A program made the position numbers and the translations under genes. DNA of 64,000 nucleotides from Raillietiella orientalis (lineage: Eukaryota): NCBI GenBank assembly GCA_036172245.1, contig JAYWIR010000004.1:806001-870000 (forward strand), written 5' to 3'. Shown here piece after piece: positions 37,501 through 50,999 of the stretch. Under the pieces are notes generated by a model that was given only the letters and a program-made list of their open reading frames with translations, ran no database searches and was not told where the DNA came from. Position 1 is the first letter of the stretch; the number at the start of each line of letters is the position of its first letter.

Positions 37501-38540
37501 AGTGTACCCGGAAACCTATTTGAGACCGGTCTGCTAAGAAATAACCCGCTCCCAAGAAGCACCTCGTGCATAAGGCGCAGACCCCTGCCGGACTACCTGG
37601 CGCGAGTTTGATGCACCACTAGCTTCTCTTTACAATGCATCCCCAAAATCTCGGCATCTTTCCTAAAGGACAGGAAAACTAGAATGATGATCAAAAAATG
37701 TCCAAATCTCTTTTGCAAACCAGCACTTGTAGGGAAGAGTGATAGTGTAAATAAGTTAAATAAACCGCCTTTTCTGTAAATGGTTGTCTTGAGCTAACGA
37801 TGCCTGATATCTGGCTTTCTCGTTGTACATTTCGTATGATTTGCTTATTTTGAATATGTAACTGGAATGCCGGGATTCGGAAACCTAGTGATGACCCATA
37901 CTGGTTCAGTCAGACTGAGGTTCATTTCAGGTAACAGGCAAGGATCTAAGTTAACGGCGCAGGCGCGTCATTTGCAGTCTTTTTTACAGTGCTCACTCAG
38001 CTCCCAAGCTATTAAGCTTGATAGGGCTCTGCATGCCATGCTTTAAAAAAAGAAAGGAACTCAGACGAACCTTCATTTCATAACAAAAGTTCTTCATCAC
38101 CAGGTACGCTCGTAAGGCAGCTGTCGTGGTTTCGAAAACTGCTCTCATTTTTTCCAGAATGTTACAAGGAGGACGTGTGCTTCGCATATAGTAAGCACAT
38201 GCAGCAAAAGATTACTCAGCAGAGTGTTTGGAGGAATCTTACAAACATCCGAGTTGCATTTACGACCACATCAATTACAGGAAAAGGGAAAACAAAGAGG
38301 AATGGCTTCCATCAAACAAGTTACTTGCTTGAGCTCAGGACAATGCAGTTGCAAAAGTTTTCTGATCATTTGGCACTCCTTAGGCATCCTGGTGCATAAA
38401 CTTCCGCTTGTTGCGCTCTCGTTACTCAGATTGAGGAATGAATCAAAGAAACAACTGGATATGCATGGGCAGAAGATAAACGATGGTGAAACGTGCTGAA
38501 AGGTAGTCTGAGGAAGCGATTGTCATTCGATATGGAGCTG
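34600..38540 (+). pseudogene. Spliced locus with up to three divergent forkhead-like domains, at least partly pseudogenised
   Basis: GT-AG exons 35953-36032, 36291-36315, 36373-36487 and 36595-36664 join in frame (FSLIMKVTKSSRRAGTQELWITEKEKRYRKRIKWK|ELQ...). Exons 37990-38103, 38158-38190 and 38430- give HFITKVLHHQNVTRRTCASHIIEE*IKETTGYAWAEDKRW*NVLKGSL. 34690-34865 gives SLSYFSLLI...SLTASG*...NF...WKNA. Confidence 0.45.
36900..37620 (+). mobile_element. Non-LTR (R2/NeSL-like) RT core fragment inside an intron of the forkhead-like locus
   Basis: LKQGCPPSPLSSNMA (QGCPLSP..FN) at ~37197-37240 and DMDDLALIAGTSDDLQEQL (yADDl.l.a....lQ..l) at ~37304-37360. Confidence 0.8.
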
Positions 38541-39239
38541 GAGTACGAAATCCTTTGACTACCGAGGACTGATTTTCTCCAAATGGAGGAGAGAGTGGTC
38601 CACGCACATTTTTCATATCCTCGGGACTTATCGAGGAATATCGGGTTTGGGATCTAGAAAGCTGGTTCCCAAGGAAGGACGAGCTTTGAGAACAGTTATG
38701 AATCCTCGATCCATTGCCGAGCAGCTCTTTCTCCTCGCGGAACCAGCTGGACTCCAAAATCATTTCTCAAGGTGTTTGCCTTTCTATTCCAAACTTGTAC
38801 GCGCTTTGGGTTTCAGTTTTGCATCGACCGGCTCTTGGCACGCCCTGTCTGATGGAAGTCAGCTCGCTCGTGACGCAAGAATGACGATCGTTGTCTGGAC
38901 AAGTTTCATGTGAGGATTCTGTGAGGACCAGATCACTGCCGCAACTGAATAATTCTGGAGCATCCTGGTTTCTACGCAGATGACCGTTCTAGTCGGTCCA
39001 TGAACACTACTCTGATCTCTGAGCGAGATATTGTTATTCGTTCAGATGTTTTTTTTTTCTTTTTTTATTCTGCGCATTAGATGGATTCTGAGCAACTTTC
39101 CTGTTCCCAGCATCCTAGATTTTCCTTTCCTTCGGTTGCTGCAATCAGCAAGGGTGGTTGCAATTTTTTTTTGGTTAGCCTGTGTTCATAAGAATAGTTC
39201 TGTTTGCTAATATAATATATTAAGTTGTTAATATGAGAG

Positions 39240-40300
39240 ATTTATGATGAGTGTGCACAAAGCACGTGACATCTTCATTGGTATTCGGATGCCGATATTT
39301 CATCCTCTTAACGGCATGGTTACCACACCTCCGCGTAGTAGCGGTTTCCTTTACAGCAATCGCGAACCGGCGGATTTTTGCTCACTTGTTGCAAACGAGA
39401 GAGCACAAAGATCTCGTCTTCCGCAGTTACCTTTTCTTGTGAATCACTGATTGGCATGAAATGCATTACCCTGAAAGCTTTCGTGAAGGAAGACTTGAAT
39501 GCGGATGCCCGATAGCAACGGCAATCGCATTTAAGGAATCATAGAAAGCTGATCGTGCATCCAGGTACTCTATAACGTAGAAAACTAAATCAAGAGTCCA
39601 TTCAGGTGAACTGGTCAAGAGTTCCTCCTCCTCGCATGCATATCAAACCATGTACGTACCATGCTGCGTCAGGGCAAGACCATTAATGAAAAGAATGTGC
39701 CTGATGTCTTTTGACAGGGAATCATGCTGCGGAAGTTGGTCGGGACAGAGAGCGCCCCATACCTCTGTTTGTTTGCGAAGTCGTCTGAGAAATGAATGGA
39801 AATGAATGCAGTGAATGTGCAGCACAGCATCTTGAAGATTCGAAAAGCAAAACTTGTATCCCCACTTAAATCTATGGAACACGAGTGGACGTGCAAGGTG
39901 GTCTTTCATCATGAAACATTCGAATCAGGGAAGTTTCTATAACTGGTGAGAGAATACCATTGCTGGAAAGGATATGCGAATATTCTTTCGACAAGAGTTT
40001 CATTTCGAAGTAAAAGTTAGAATGCGTATCCGATACCGGTTGAATAAAGGAAGGATATGAAGTGCAGGTAAGATTCATCTGTGTGTATATATATGTATAT
40101 AAGAACAAGGTTCCACGTGCATACAAAAATTCTTTCAGGCGGCTGCTGGCAGAAAAAGGAATTTCCAAGGAATCACACTTGGAGTTATTCCTCGGAAAGT
40201 TTCGCGTGTGCAGCCTGATGAGCATTCGCCCGAAATTCATGAAAATCTCAACTGTGGTGAGGAGATGAACGAAGGAATGGAGATTGTCCAATCACACGGT
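39240..40300 (-). pseudogene. M13 family (neprilysin/ECE-like) metallopeptidase pseudogene, partial
   Basis: Spliced segments in family order: KEYSHILSSNGILSPVIETSLIRM...TRVP (F...L....Wmd..T...a..K...iGyP); SAFYDSLNAIAVAIG plus frameshifted GIRIQVF (NAfY.p..N.I...aGILq.pF); NCG (NYG); VTCFVH. No intact HExxH. Confidence 0.6.
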
Positions 40301-40399
40301 ATTACTCAGGCTCACGATCTCGTGAGAAGGCTCATTATCCTGTGTGTAGATATGCGTGGCGTGTCCTAGTTGCAGGGACGATAAGGTCTGTTTACCCAC

Positions 40400-43300
40400 A
40401 TTGGCAATACAAGAAAGATATGAGAAGCTCGGTTGAAACTGAAGCTATTCTTAGCGATAGGGTAAGAAAAAGCATATCAGGATTCAGTGCCACTAAGAGC
40501 CCAAGGAGGGCTGCCGTAAGATTTTACAGAACAAAGCTTGATGCAAGCATACGCTTGAATGGATTCAAGCAGGTAACGAGACTTACCTCTGTTTCGGGCA
40601 CTTCGGGATCTCAGCTTTCAGGGTGTGCCAAGTTCGCACCCTAATCCCGTCTGGATGCTCCCATAGAGAGTGCCTAATCCATGAATTTCCAATATGCGAG
40701 ACCACCGATGAAACTGTAACTCCCACTTATGAGAATATCTGCTTACAGCCGATTGGCCGGGTATGAGCAGACCTTCTGCCTTCTTTGCAAACCATCAAAC
40801 AAGAGTTTCAATGACTCAGCTCGCTTTGACTCTTGTAAATTTATTTTTAAAAAGAAAACAGAAAACAGAAAGAAAATTTAGGGGCAGTTCCTTTAATAGC
40901 CCATGGGATGAAAATATGGAGTTGATTGCATAGTCTGATGACCAAAATAGAAATCCGAAGACCGCTCCCATGAATGCGACGAAGTCTTCTTGGAGCCAGG
41001 TCTTTACCAGTAGAGGAATGGTTTCATTCTTTCTTATTCTTAAGCCCAAAGCGTGCTGAACAAGATGTATGTCCTCTGGTGGCCACGAGCAACTGGTGCA
41101 TGAAATGCAGTAAGGTGTAAGAATCTGAAGATCACGCAAAAGAAAGGCGAAAGGATCTCAAACAAGCAAAACAATAACGGATTCTAGTGAAACAGGAAAA
41201 GATGCTGAGCATGCAAAGACGCATCGCTAACGATTCGACTGTCTGAATTTGTTTTAGAGGCTTTCAAAAAACTTGAATTCACAGCTTGTGTACAATCAAA
41301 GCATTTTAGTACGCAGCACAACCTCAGTAACGTGAAATCGATGCTTCCTGATACCGCTGGTGGCTTTTAATAAGCCACCAGCAGCATCAGAAAGCATCAA
41401 GATGACATCGATGAAATCAGCGTCCATTTGCCATATCTTTTTAATGCATATGACACGACCTAGTTGTTTTCGGCGTTTCATTTTTATCTTCTCATCCCAG
41501 AGTGAGTGTTTTAAATAAATGGCCTCGCACGTGGGGATGAGAAGATGCAATAAACGAGATTTTAAAAGTCCGGGATCGCAGGAGAGGAATTGAGGGGTGT
41601 ATTGCTGTCTTTATCACAGTCTTTATCCTATAGACTATGCCTATGTCCTCCTATTTGCTCAGACGGAGACTCTGGTCACTCGGAATGGAGCTCGTCATCG
41701 AAGTTGGACCACGCGTCTCCCACAATCGTGCAGTCCAACTCCCACTAGAAGAACACCGAATGGAACACCCTATTCAGGGTATTCAGGCAGGATATCGCTG
41801 CTCGCATCCTTGAGCTGTATGCCCGACCTCAATGCCTACCGGCTGACCCAACGTGCTGATGGGGCTCCATTGAGTTCAGAACCCGCGCTTCGATGTTTCC
41901 ACAGTCCGATTCCGCACCCCCAAAGCACCAGAATTCCTCACTGATGAACCCACGTCGCGTAGGCTCCCGCTTCTGTGGGGTGGACCTCCTCCTTTCCAAG
42001 TGCAGGCTGATGTTCCTGCCGTCTGGAGATGATTCAAGTGGTGTGTCCAGCAAATGCTTCTACAGTATCTGATGTTGGATGATGCTGTGAATGTTCTTAG
42101 GCTGTTGGCGTAGTTCCTAGGAATGTGCTGATCTTGCAGCATTAGATTGCTGTCTGAATCCCATGATGGTAGTGGTCCCATGAGGATTGTTTCCTCTGAA
42201 CTTGTGATCTCCTTGGAAAGCATCAGAACAGTACTGCTGCCATATTTGCTTTCCTTGTCCCTTGGACACAGTCCCAGGCTGTTCTTAAAGAGACAGTCCA
42301 CGTCCAGGTTGAGGTCTCAATCTCTTCTTCCAGTCAGGGGACCCGAAGGTCGTCGCGAGTCGACGTCTGACATTCCCTTTCCTCGTGAGAAGACTTCCCA
42401 TCCTCCACGTACCGCCTTTGTCATACGATTGGCAATCGCGGTTTACTTTGGCATGAATGGATGAGAGTGCCGCTGGCAGTGGTTTTAGATATGAGGCAGT
42501 CTCGAAAAGCGAAAAGGATATTTATGATAAGGACGTGTCCGACATGTGCAGGTCGGGAGGAATGGTGCCAACTTCACTAAAGATAAAAAAACTAGGCAGG
42601 GGGTGGGGGACAGGGTGAGATAATCAAGGGATCAATAAATAAATAGGTATGATATGAATGGCTCCCATGAAGAAGATTGCGATTCCCGAGAGCATACGTC
42701 AGGAAGAGGCAGGAAAAACTGGAAATCAAGTCCAATTCTTCTTCGCAGGTTTTATGCTGTTCCGACCAGAACAGCCCTGGGCCTCTCTTGCATTTTCTGT
42801 ACCAGTTTGCACAATTCCAACCATTTCTTTGCATCTGAAATAAGAGCGATGGCGCTTGTGAAGGGTTTCTTCAGATGTCAACCTCATCTCTTCCATTTGA
42901 AGATCACCACAGATGGTCCGGCAGCGATCTAAGGTTGCCACGTCTGCGTCCTTGTCTCAGTGTTTGAAATGACCGGATGTCTCTACCAAAATCCATTTCA
43001 AGATTCCTGTATCACCCGAGGCAGAGACTTCATGTTTTTTCTTACCTGCCTCGACGGAAAGGGGACGTCCCTTTCGTCAAAGCTTTATCCTGCTGGTAAA
43101 GCTTGTATTTCACCTCTGATCCTTTGGAGATCTAGAGAAAAACGAATCCTGATCACTCACACAAAAAGATTCATTTTATTCGTTTTTAAAGTCCCGGAGC
43201 GAAGGAAGGACAAGGGGGAAAGAAAGGTGCCATGGTTTTCTTTAATCTGAAAAACGTTAGAAAAAGACAAGAAAACCTCCTTCAAAGCAGCGAATAGACA

Positions 43301-43450
43301 GAAGACAATCTGATGACCATGGAGTGAATACTCCTCAGGAGCACAGAAATGTCAAGGAGTACCAGTTGGATGTGCAATTGAAATTTACTGCCATAAATAA
43401 AGCGAAGCCACTCGAGGGAAGCTATACGAAAAATAAGTGCCATCATCATT
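40400..43450 (-). pseudogene. Cytochrome P450, CYP4-clan-like, unprocessed pseudogene
   Basis: Exons in order: PKDQR; KWKR*G*HLKKPF (KW.rhRr.LtPaF); LDLISSFS; KRRKQL...DFIDVILMLSDAAG (41398-41418); GKDLA...SGLRI (WdDLa, EsLRl); LLIP; SLWEHPD; decayed heme loop IPKCPKQS|VCLHQA across intron 40554-40586. Multiple stops and frameshifts. Confidence 0.8.
41600..42470 (-). mobile_element. Non-LTR RT (domain 5 to thumb) remnant inside the CYP pseudogene
   Basis: TRDDLRV (aDDlvl), LGLCPRDKESK (gL..n..Ks). Confidence 0.4.
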
Positions 43451-43849
43451 GAAAAAAAAAGGCATGATGGGAAGGAATGGGCAGCGAATCTGCCCGAATG
43501 TATGTAGGTATCTAAGCACAAAACGACAGCCCATTAATGGGACTTGGAGGGATCTAAGAATGGATCAGGGTTTGCGTGGGTGTGGGGAGAACGGTTGGGA
43601 GACGGATGCTGTGGCTCTTTTGGGGAAAAGTTGGAGACTCGGTGCAAACTTAGGTGAGAGTAATACTTAATTCAAAGATCATGATTGAGTCAGGGTGATA
43701 TGAGAATCCCTCTTACCAAACACGTCTGCATTCGCTGCTCGAACCGCTCGATTTTCGCTATTCTGGATGCAGACAGCTTCATGTTTTTGATCTCCATCCT
43801 TATGATCTTCTCCTCTGTGCTTTTCAAAGTGATCAGGCGTCAGAAAATT

Positions 43850-44600
43850 TAGTCCTCTGTTTTTTGTGGCGGCAAGGATCCGTTGTCCGGTGTCATGCGT
43901 CAAGATTGGGGGAAAGATGTTGGCACCTTCGCAAACAATCACATAGCGATCCTTATGACCTTGATGTATCCAATTCCACTTGTTCCGAGTACCACATGGT
44001 GCCAGGTTTCTCCACCAGCTTCTCTCTTAAGAGACCGTTCTTTGTTGGCTGCCGCACACGCCTGCCATCACAATTGCCTTCTCACTTGCAGTGCGGAAGA
44101 CGACTTTTCAGATCTGAGATGCTTTGGACGCGTCTATGCGGGTTTCACGCTGAGAGCTGAAAGAAGCGAGAACGCTAGTTGCTGATGCAGATCAAGGCTC
44201 CTGAAGTTTCAGAAAGAAACTCGGATGGAAGCTGCTGCATCACTTCTGACGGTTTTCCAGTAAATACCATCCTGGTATTGGAGGCAGCCTTGGTAGGATC
44301 AATGGAAGCTGGAAGTGCCATTCGAAAAATGTGGGGCAGTGATCTTCCATCTAAAGAGACACTGAGCCGACCTCAGCCGATACGCGAGCTAAGCAAGAGG
44401 ACTGAGGAGAAGACAATGATTCGTCGTTGTCGTGAATGTGCTTCCTGGCCATCAGGAGGAATCGTAGCCTCGAGGGACTCGCTAGGGAGTCACAGAAGTC
44501 TTCTTGATCTCACTCGACTCTACTCTCCTAGAACCTCGAAAGGTGTGTGGCTCCCTCTCTTCTTACCATTGAACTCCTCTTTCTTCTCTTCTTCCTTAAA
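43850..44600 (+). mobile_element. Possible very old non-LTR RT remnant
   Basis: DLDVSNS (lDis.AF) and LVADAD (lyADD) at plausible spacing. Confidence 0.25.
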
Positions 44601-46479
44601 GACGGACGCTTTTCAGCTGTTAGTGAGGAACACAATGAAACCAGAAAATGCTTCGCTCTTGAATCCTCCATAGACGAGGAGAGGGAGTGGTTGCAGCTGC
44701 ATTATCCACTCTTCAAAGTCGCTACCTAAGAAGCTTTCAAGGCAATAAATTAGGGGAAAAAATGACCAGAAATACAAAGAGCAGTGGCCTTCCCTCTTTG
44801 CGAAGACGAATTTTATAGTTCGAGCTGCACCAGTTCCAGAGTTTCTTCGGCCTTTCGGCCGCTTCTTTAGAAGCCAAGCCGATGGAGCACGTCTTTACAA
44901 AGCGCGCTTGTGAAACAGCCTGCACCTGTCAGCTTTCCTGATTGTTCCCTGCACTACAGTCCAAGTAAACACAGTGCCATCCCATGTGACCAGTTCATCT
45001 TATTTGGGATTTGTGTGCTTCCAGAGAGACAGCCACTGATTGCTCCCGGCAATAACGGCATTGCACAGTTCAATAAAGGAGCAGAGAATGGAGTGGCAAA
45101 CGAGATGGGAGTGGCGCAGCACGGAGAGTTGAATTTTACTCTCCGCATTTTGGGGATATTCCCGTGCTCTTTCAACAAGTCTCATCGCAACGAAAATTCA
45201 CTCTAGAATGCATGACGCTTCCTTCTTGTGGAATTCCACTTGCTTAGAGGAAAACCCAGAGTCCAGTATGCCTCCGAAGGACCGATGGGCTCATCCTGCG
45301 CTTGTCACGCAGTGGACTACGCTGCGAGGAACAACACAGAATTAGGTACTCGACGGTTCGCCCTCAGGACAACACTTGACGTCCCGAAGGGCACCTGACG
45401 AAACTTGCCGAACTTTCATTGTGAATCCAAACGGATCCAGGGGGAATTTTTCCTTCTAACCCTTTGAATCGTGACAGGGACCCTGGTGGCAAGCAAATGA
45501 ACCTTGGGTCGCCGCTTTTGACAAGCGCATGTTTTTTGATCGAAGTGTCTTCCAGCTGTTCTCCCGCTTTCCTGCTCACATTTGGTTTTCTCACTATTTC
45601 TCTTCGCTCAACCGCGACCTGGTTTCCATCATTCTCATCCAGCGTGAGGCCTCAAACATTTTCAATAATCACTCAGGAGCACCCACCCAACCAGCATGCT
45701 CAGCATCTTGCCAGAGCTAAAAGAAAAGATTTCACAGCCATTATGCAGAATCCTTTTCTTTCAACTTACCTTTTTGTAGACTGGGAGGACGCCAGCTCCA
45801 AGGATCCCTTGTCTTCGACCTTACCCTTCAGCAACCGCCTCTTTCCGTAGAATTTGCAAACGGCGTAATGACTTGAATGATAGAATGCCAAAACAGGAGT
45901 AATCGACCACTAATTGTATTAATTAGGAACCAGATTCAAGGGAAGGGCGGGGTGGGGTAGCGAATGAGGAGAAGGCAGCGAAGTCCGCGCTCGCTTCAGG
46001 TGATGCTATAAACAAGACAATCTATTATGAAGACAAAGATCATAGAGGTTCTTTCGTGACCATAAGGGTACCAACATTCTAACGATCTCATTATAACTGA
46101 TCGCTTCTATCTCAGCGAGACTTTCAGTTGATTGTTCCATCAATCCGCCGGGCTGCAAGTATCTTGCCTTGCGTAGAACTTTGCGCTTTACAGACGGTGT
46201 AGTACAGTTTCAAATGGCTCCTGAGTATCCAGATGGCAGATCAGATTATGATAGCACAAACTGATAGCTAGCAGTCATTTCGGTGCAGCCTCCTGGTTTG
46301 TCGGGCGTAATACGGAGGAATTGGATCCGTAATAAGCTTACTGGAATTTTATCTGGTGCATCTATCTTTGCACGCGGATTTCATACTGCTTATAGAAAAA
46401 TACAGTGTGATTTTTTTTTTTCCTGGTGCAATTTAGGGGATTTCTTTTTTTTTTGTTCTTTTACCACGAGCTCAGCAGA

Positions 46480-49470
46480 ACTTTTTTTTTTTTTGTCTTT
46501 TCGGAATGCACAGGACACATCGAAAGAAGGGGCAAACATTGCGCAAGGGTCTCAGGATTCTGGACGTTGCATCCGATTGAAAAGACGGATTCGAGTTTCC
46601 ATGGCAGATCGGGATGAATGCAGGAAAAAGTTGTTTCCTCTCTTCAGGGCACTGGCGTTCCCTCATGCCGGCTCCCAGTCATTCCATCGCAGCAGCAGAC
46701 GCTTTTCATCCTTCAGGGAGGCGCACTGGTGCTTTCCATCCTTCTTGAGCATCGCGTTCATCTACTTGCATGGGCAGCATCCCAATCGAGGACGGAAACC
46801 GAGATGGAGTCGTTGCTAGCTGGAAACTTCACTCAGAACCTCGGAGACTCTGAATCCGTGGATTTGGTACTTACAAAGGAATGATGCACAAGCACTTGTT
46901 GTGGCAATGATAATCTCTCAGTGCAAAATTTGCAATTCCGATGCTAGACGTACATCCAGCTCCTGGAGAATGGATGGAAAATTCACAGGAAGCCGATCAA
47001 CTGTGAGAAGGTCCTTTTGCGATTCCGCATCCATAGAAATGGACTGCGAGGTCGATAAGCCAGTTCGAATGAGAGGTCGATCCGGGTACCGGGACAGTGG
47101 TTCCTGTCAGTGAGCGATGAGTGGATCGGCCGAGATGAAACGAGATGTTCGCTTAGCGATTTGGGCTAATTCGGGCTCAAGAAGAATTTGTGCATTAAAA
47201 GAATACGCAAATTCTTCTTAAATTGTCCTGAAACCAACTCTGGAACTCCCGTCTCCCCTTCTTCCTGCACCATTTCTTAAATTCGTTTTCTCTTAGAATC
47301 CCTGAAGGAGAAAAGGCCCTGCATGTGTCGATGCTAAATGAGGTGTTGGCAAAAGAAGCGAAACAGAAGTGGCCGTCATCATGCAGTGAGAGAATCAACG
47401 TATTAGCTTTTTTCAATCCAGAGAAGAGGGATTTCATGGGCTAGCACAAAAAAAGAGAGTAAAGATCAGCGGTTATTGAGAAACTAGAATCGAAGGAGAA
47501 ACGGCAGTTCCACTCAGTCTAAATCTGTAGAGAGGATTTAATTTTTCTGCACTAACTGGATGATCCTATAAGTTCACAAAATGCAGAAACCTTAAGGCCT
47601 CTGTACGCTGTGGAAAATAAGGAGCAATTATCCCTCTCGGAGCATTTAATGTGAATCAAGATCAATGTGAATCATCCCATTGTAATTAAACTCTCACAAA
47701 GGTGTTTCCGAACATTGGAGAAATAGAGGTGTGTTATAAAAACATGAACATGTCCTAATATTTGAGTGTATACTTGATATATATTTATGAAAGAATGAGG
47801 TCATCACATTGCAGATGATTAAAAACCGTGGATAATTATGCACATTATAATGTGTGTTGCGAAAACGAATCAACCCATGTTACGGATATAACACGATAAT
47901 TGTTCCGAAAATATAAAACAGCCCTCGGTGTAGCATCTGAATCTCATAAGCGATTGAAGCTTCCTTGATCGTGGATGCTGCAAGGGCATGCCATTGTGGC
48001 ATCCAGCATCAGTACCATATAAAAACAACTGCATCATGAAAATGCATCTGCGGGAATTCCAGACAACAGACAGATTGATTGAAGTTATTTTTCTGCATGG
48101 AATTTTGCCACTGTAGCGTATCTTCCAAGTAATAGAGCATGACCGATCATCTCCATTCAACTCCGCAAAATCAAGTATCTTCATTCTGAAAGGTTAGGAG
48201 AGCTTAGGCGAGCACATTAATGCATTCAATGTATCATTTCGAAGGTCTTAAACACTCCACGTATGCCGCCAAAGTGCACGCAATAAGTGACAGTGCAGAT
48301 GTTCAAAGCGTCCACTGATTATTATTCACTGCTTCATTGAATTTCCGGAGCCTCCACGGAGATGGTTGCGGTTTGAGTTCGTCTCTTCCAGTAACTTTGT
48401 AGCTAGGCAAATTGAAGGAAGTGAAAGCAGAGAAAGATGCAGACTTTCGCCACAGTGTTTCGTTCCTTGGAATGAACTTTGAGAAGATCGAGCAAAGATT
48501 TAGAAATGGAGCACTTGAAAAGCATCAGTAGTCGACTCATATGTACGCAAAACCTCTCCACACTCATAGGACAAGAACCCTTGCATTTGCAATTTGAGAA
48601 TTCCTCAGGAAGACACTGCAAATTCCTCTATTTCTAGCTGCGAGGAATCGCGAAGGATGGACTAATGAATTTGCTCATGAAATTACCAATTGCCAATTGG
48701 GACAGCTGGCACCTGCCTACATCAAAGAGTCAAAACAGGGATTTCAGGCGAGTGACGGAATTAATTTCATTTAATTTTTTTTTTTAAAGACAGCACTGCC
48801 TTTATTAGCAGCGTCAGCTGTTAGACAGGAAGAGTTGTGATGTACTGTGATCTCTTTGACGGCATAACGAATGCCAATGAAAGAATTATTTTGCCTCTAT
48901 ATTTCGTCACCGCACGTCATCGTTCGTCTTCTTGGAGTCGGCTGTGCCTTTCATAAAGAGTACACTTGATTTTATTTCTGGGATGAGGAACAACTTATTC
49001 ATGGCGTTTGTATCTTGTGATGTTCTTTCTCTTGAGCAAGTTAAAAGCTCAAGTCATGATTGTGAGTTTTTAACGAAGACCGGTCAAAGTTCATATAAAG
49101 AAAGTAAGGAGTACAAACAGAAGTTTGCTACCATGGAAATGTTCTATTTAGTCCTCCTATTCAGGGAATATTGGTTGAATTCGTCTCCAGAGGGTGCAGG
49201 ATCAGAATTTCGTTCTGTTTTTAAAGGCTGGTGGTCCAACAAGAACGTCTGTGCGATACATGTGATGGACATACATAGCTCTTGTATTCTCATATCTCGT
49301 TGAATAGACCTCTCCAGTGCAAAGAAAGCAAACAGGAATGTGAATTTATATCTTCAGCTTGATTAGTTGTAGGCTTTCGTGGAGACGCTGTACCACAGAG
49401 GCACGGAGCAAGGCCCATGGCACGCTTGAGACGAACTCTCTCAGGAACGGATGCAAATAAATAAGCTCAT
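46480..49470 (-). pseudogene. CHSY: Chondroitin sulfate synthase (CHSY family) unprocessed pseudogene
   Basis: FLCTGEVYSTRYENTRA (49277-49327) is in register with FLFVGVMTAQKYLQTRA. It is followed in order by PHPRNK (YPPQKK), KTNDDV (RADDDV), VFLRN, VHMSRLL, APFLNLC, ISPMFG (VNPMYG), SRYPD...QELDV (KYP...FCDVD) and PICHGNSNP (PVFCDPNLDP). Many stops and frameshifts. Confidence 0.75.
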
Positions 49471-50999
49471 GGTAAAGAACGGGAAAAAAAATTGAATCCT
49501 AGGTAGCCGGCGGATGCACTGGACAACTTTTTTTAAAATGTAATGAAAATAGTGGAAATCAATTCCATAAAATCATTGCGGATTGCATGTGGAATCATCT
49601 TTAAAAATGGATGAGTATTTATTATTCTTAGTGGCTTTATTGTGTTTGGAAAAAAAAATGCCCAATCTGCTGATAAAATATTATGGCTTGTTTTGGAAAG
49701 AGGGGTTTTCCTTGTGGTGACATCGATATTTAGGTAGATGTAAGGCTAAACAGTTCCAAGAGTGCTTCAAGAAATGCAGTTTCCTTAAAGATGAGTGGAC
49801 ACCTCATTTTCAGCTAGCAGGCTGCAAATGGATAAAAAGGGAAGTTGATTTAAATAATACGGTTATGGAATAAGGAAATAATCTATTTGTCAAAGTGAAT
49901 ACATGACCATTGCAGTGTTTTACAATCCAATGATCGGTAAACAGCTTTTCTTCCCAAATTCACACAAAAGCTTACAGATTTCTTCCTAGAAAGGATGAAA
50001 CAGCTTAGAATAAGCATCGAGTGCACATGGATACATGGCAAAGAAGATGCTTTGAAGGTTTTGTTGTGATCTTTGAGGAATGCTTACTCGAAGGAACATC
50101 CGTGCTGAGGCAATGGTTGTCTGCATCATTCCAGCGAGTGCATAGGACTCCTCGGATAAGCTCATGCTAAACTCCTCTTCCCTGCATATGGCACAGCTAG
50201 TTCCATGCTCCTCAAAACCCGAAGGCAATGACGGTAAACTTGAGATTGTGCTACCATGCCGATTTTGACCCTGAAGAAGTCATCAGATCTGCAACATTTA
50301 TTCATGAATGGATCACTTAAGTTCCAACTACGATCCAAGGAAAATGGGGTAAGTTTATGTTTTTCTATCAAGAAAACCACACGTCTCTGGTGTCTGCAAT
50401 TTATGACCAAGACCAAGAATGAACCTCATGAACCTTCTGGGCTAGTTAACGATTTCTGGAAGCACCCGGTACCAAGACTGAATCCCTTACCGTTTATTTA
50501 AGTCGGTGAAACATAGTGGGTGGAGGAATTTCCCATGGCACTGCATTTCTCTTGCAGCGTCCCTAACAGCTACGCGCGAAATATGGAATCAATCTCGAAG
50601 CAAATGGAAATGCAGAGCAGTAGGCGTATTAGAAAAGTTCACTGAAATGCTAGAAGTTCCAAGTTATTCAAACGCAAGAAGTTTCTCTTCCCTCTGTAAT
50701 CACATTTGGTTTAAGCGAAGGAGAAAAAAGGACGTGAACGTTGACAGTTGGGAACTCTCTCAAGACAAGGACAAGCCTACCCGATGTGCTATTGCTCTTT
50801 GTTTGCTTCCACTTGAGTCAATTAACACTACGGGTCCCTGCTTTGCAGATCCCAATAGAAATGTATAGACTGGCAAGCTTCTCCGTTTCCGCCATAGTTT
50901 AAACAGTGTCGCGTTCTGGAATCGTGGGACCTCCTGTTTGAACTGTACACATCAGCAAGTGTGACGGTTCCTCCTATTTTCCGGGAAACGATTGTCCAA

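Noticed and set aside
48080..48140. Fourth forkhead remnant (WQNSMQKN)
   Set aside because: Isolated short match inside the CHSY pseudogene with no upstream helices.
48940..48980. Monothiol glutaredoxin (VLFMKGT)
   Set aside because: No CGFS motif; the segment lies inside collinear CHSY homology.
50000..50200. RING finger (CAICREE...LLCH..CTRC)
   Set aside because: The second half lies in an intron and another frame; HxxxCxxC fits the RICTOR C-terminal zinc site in collinear context.
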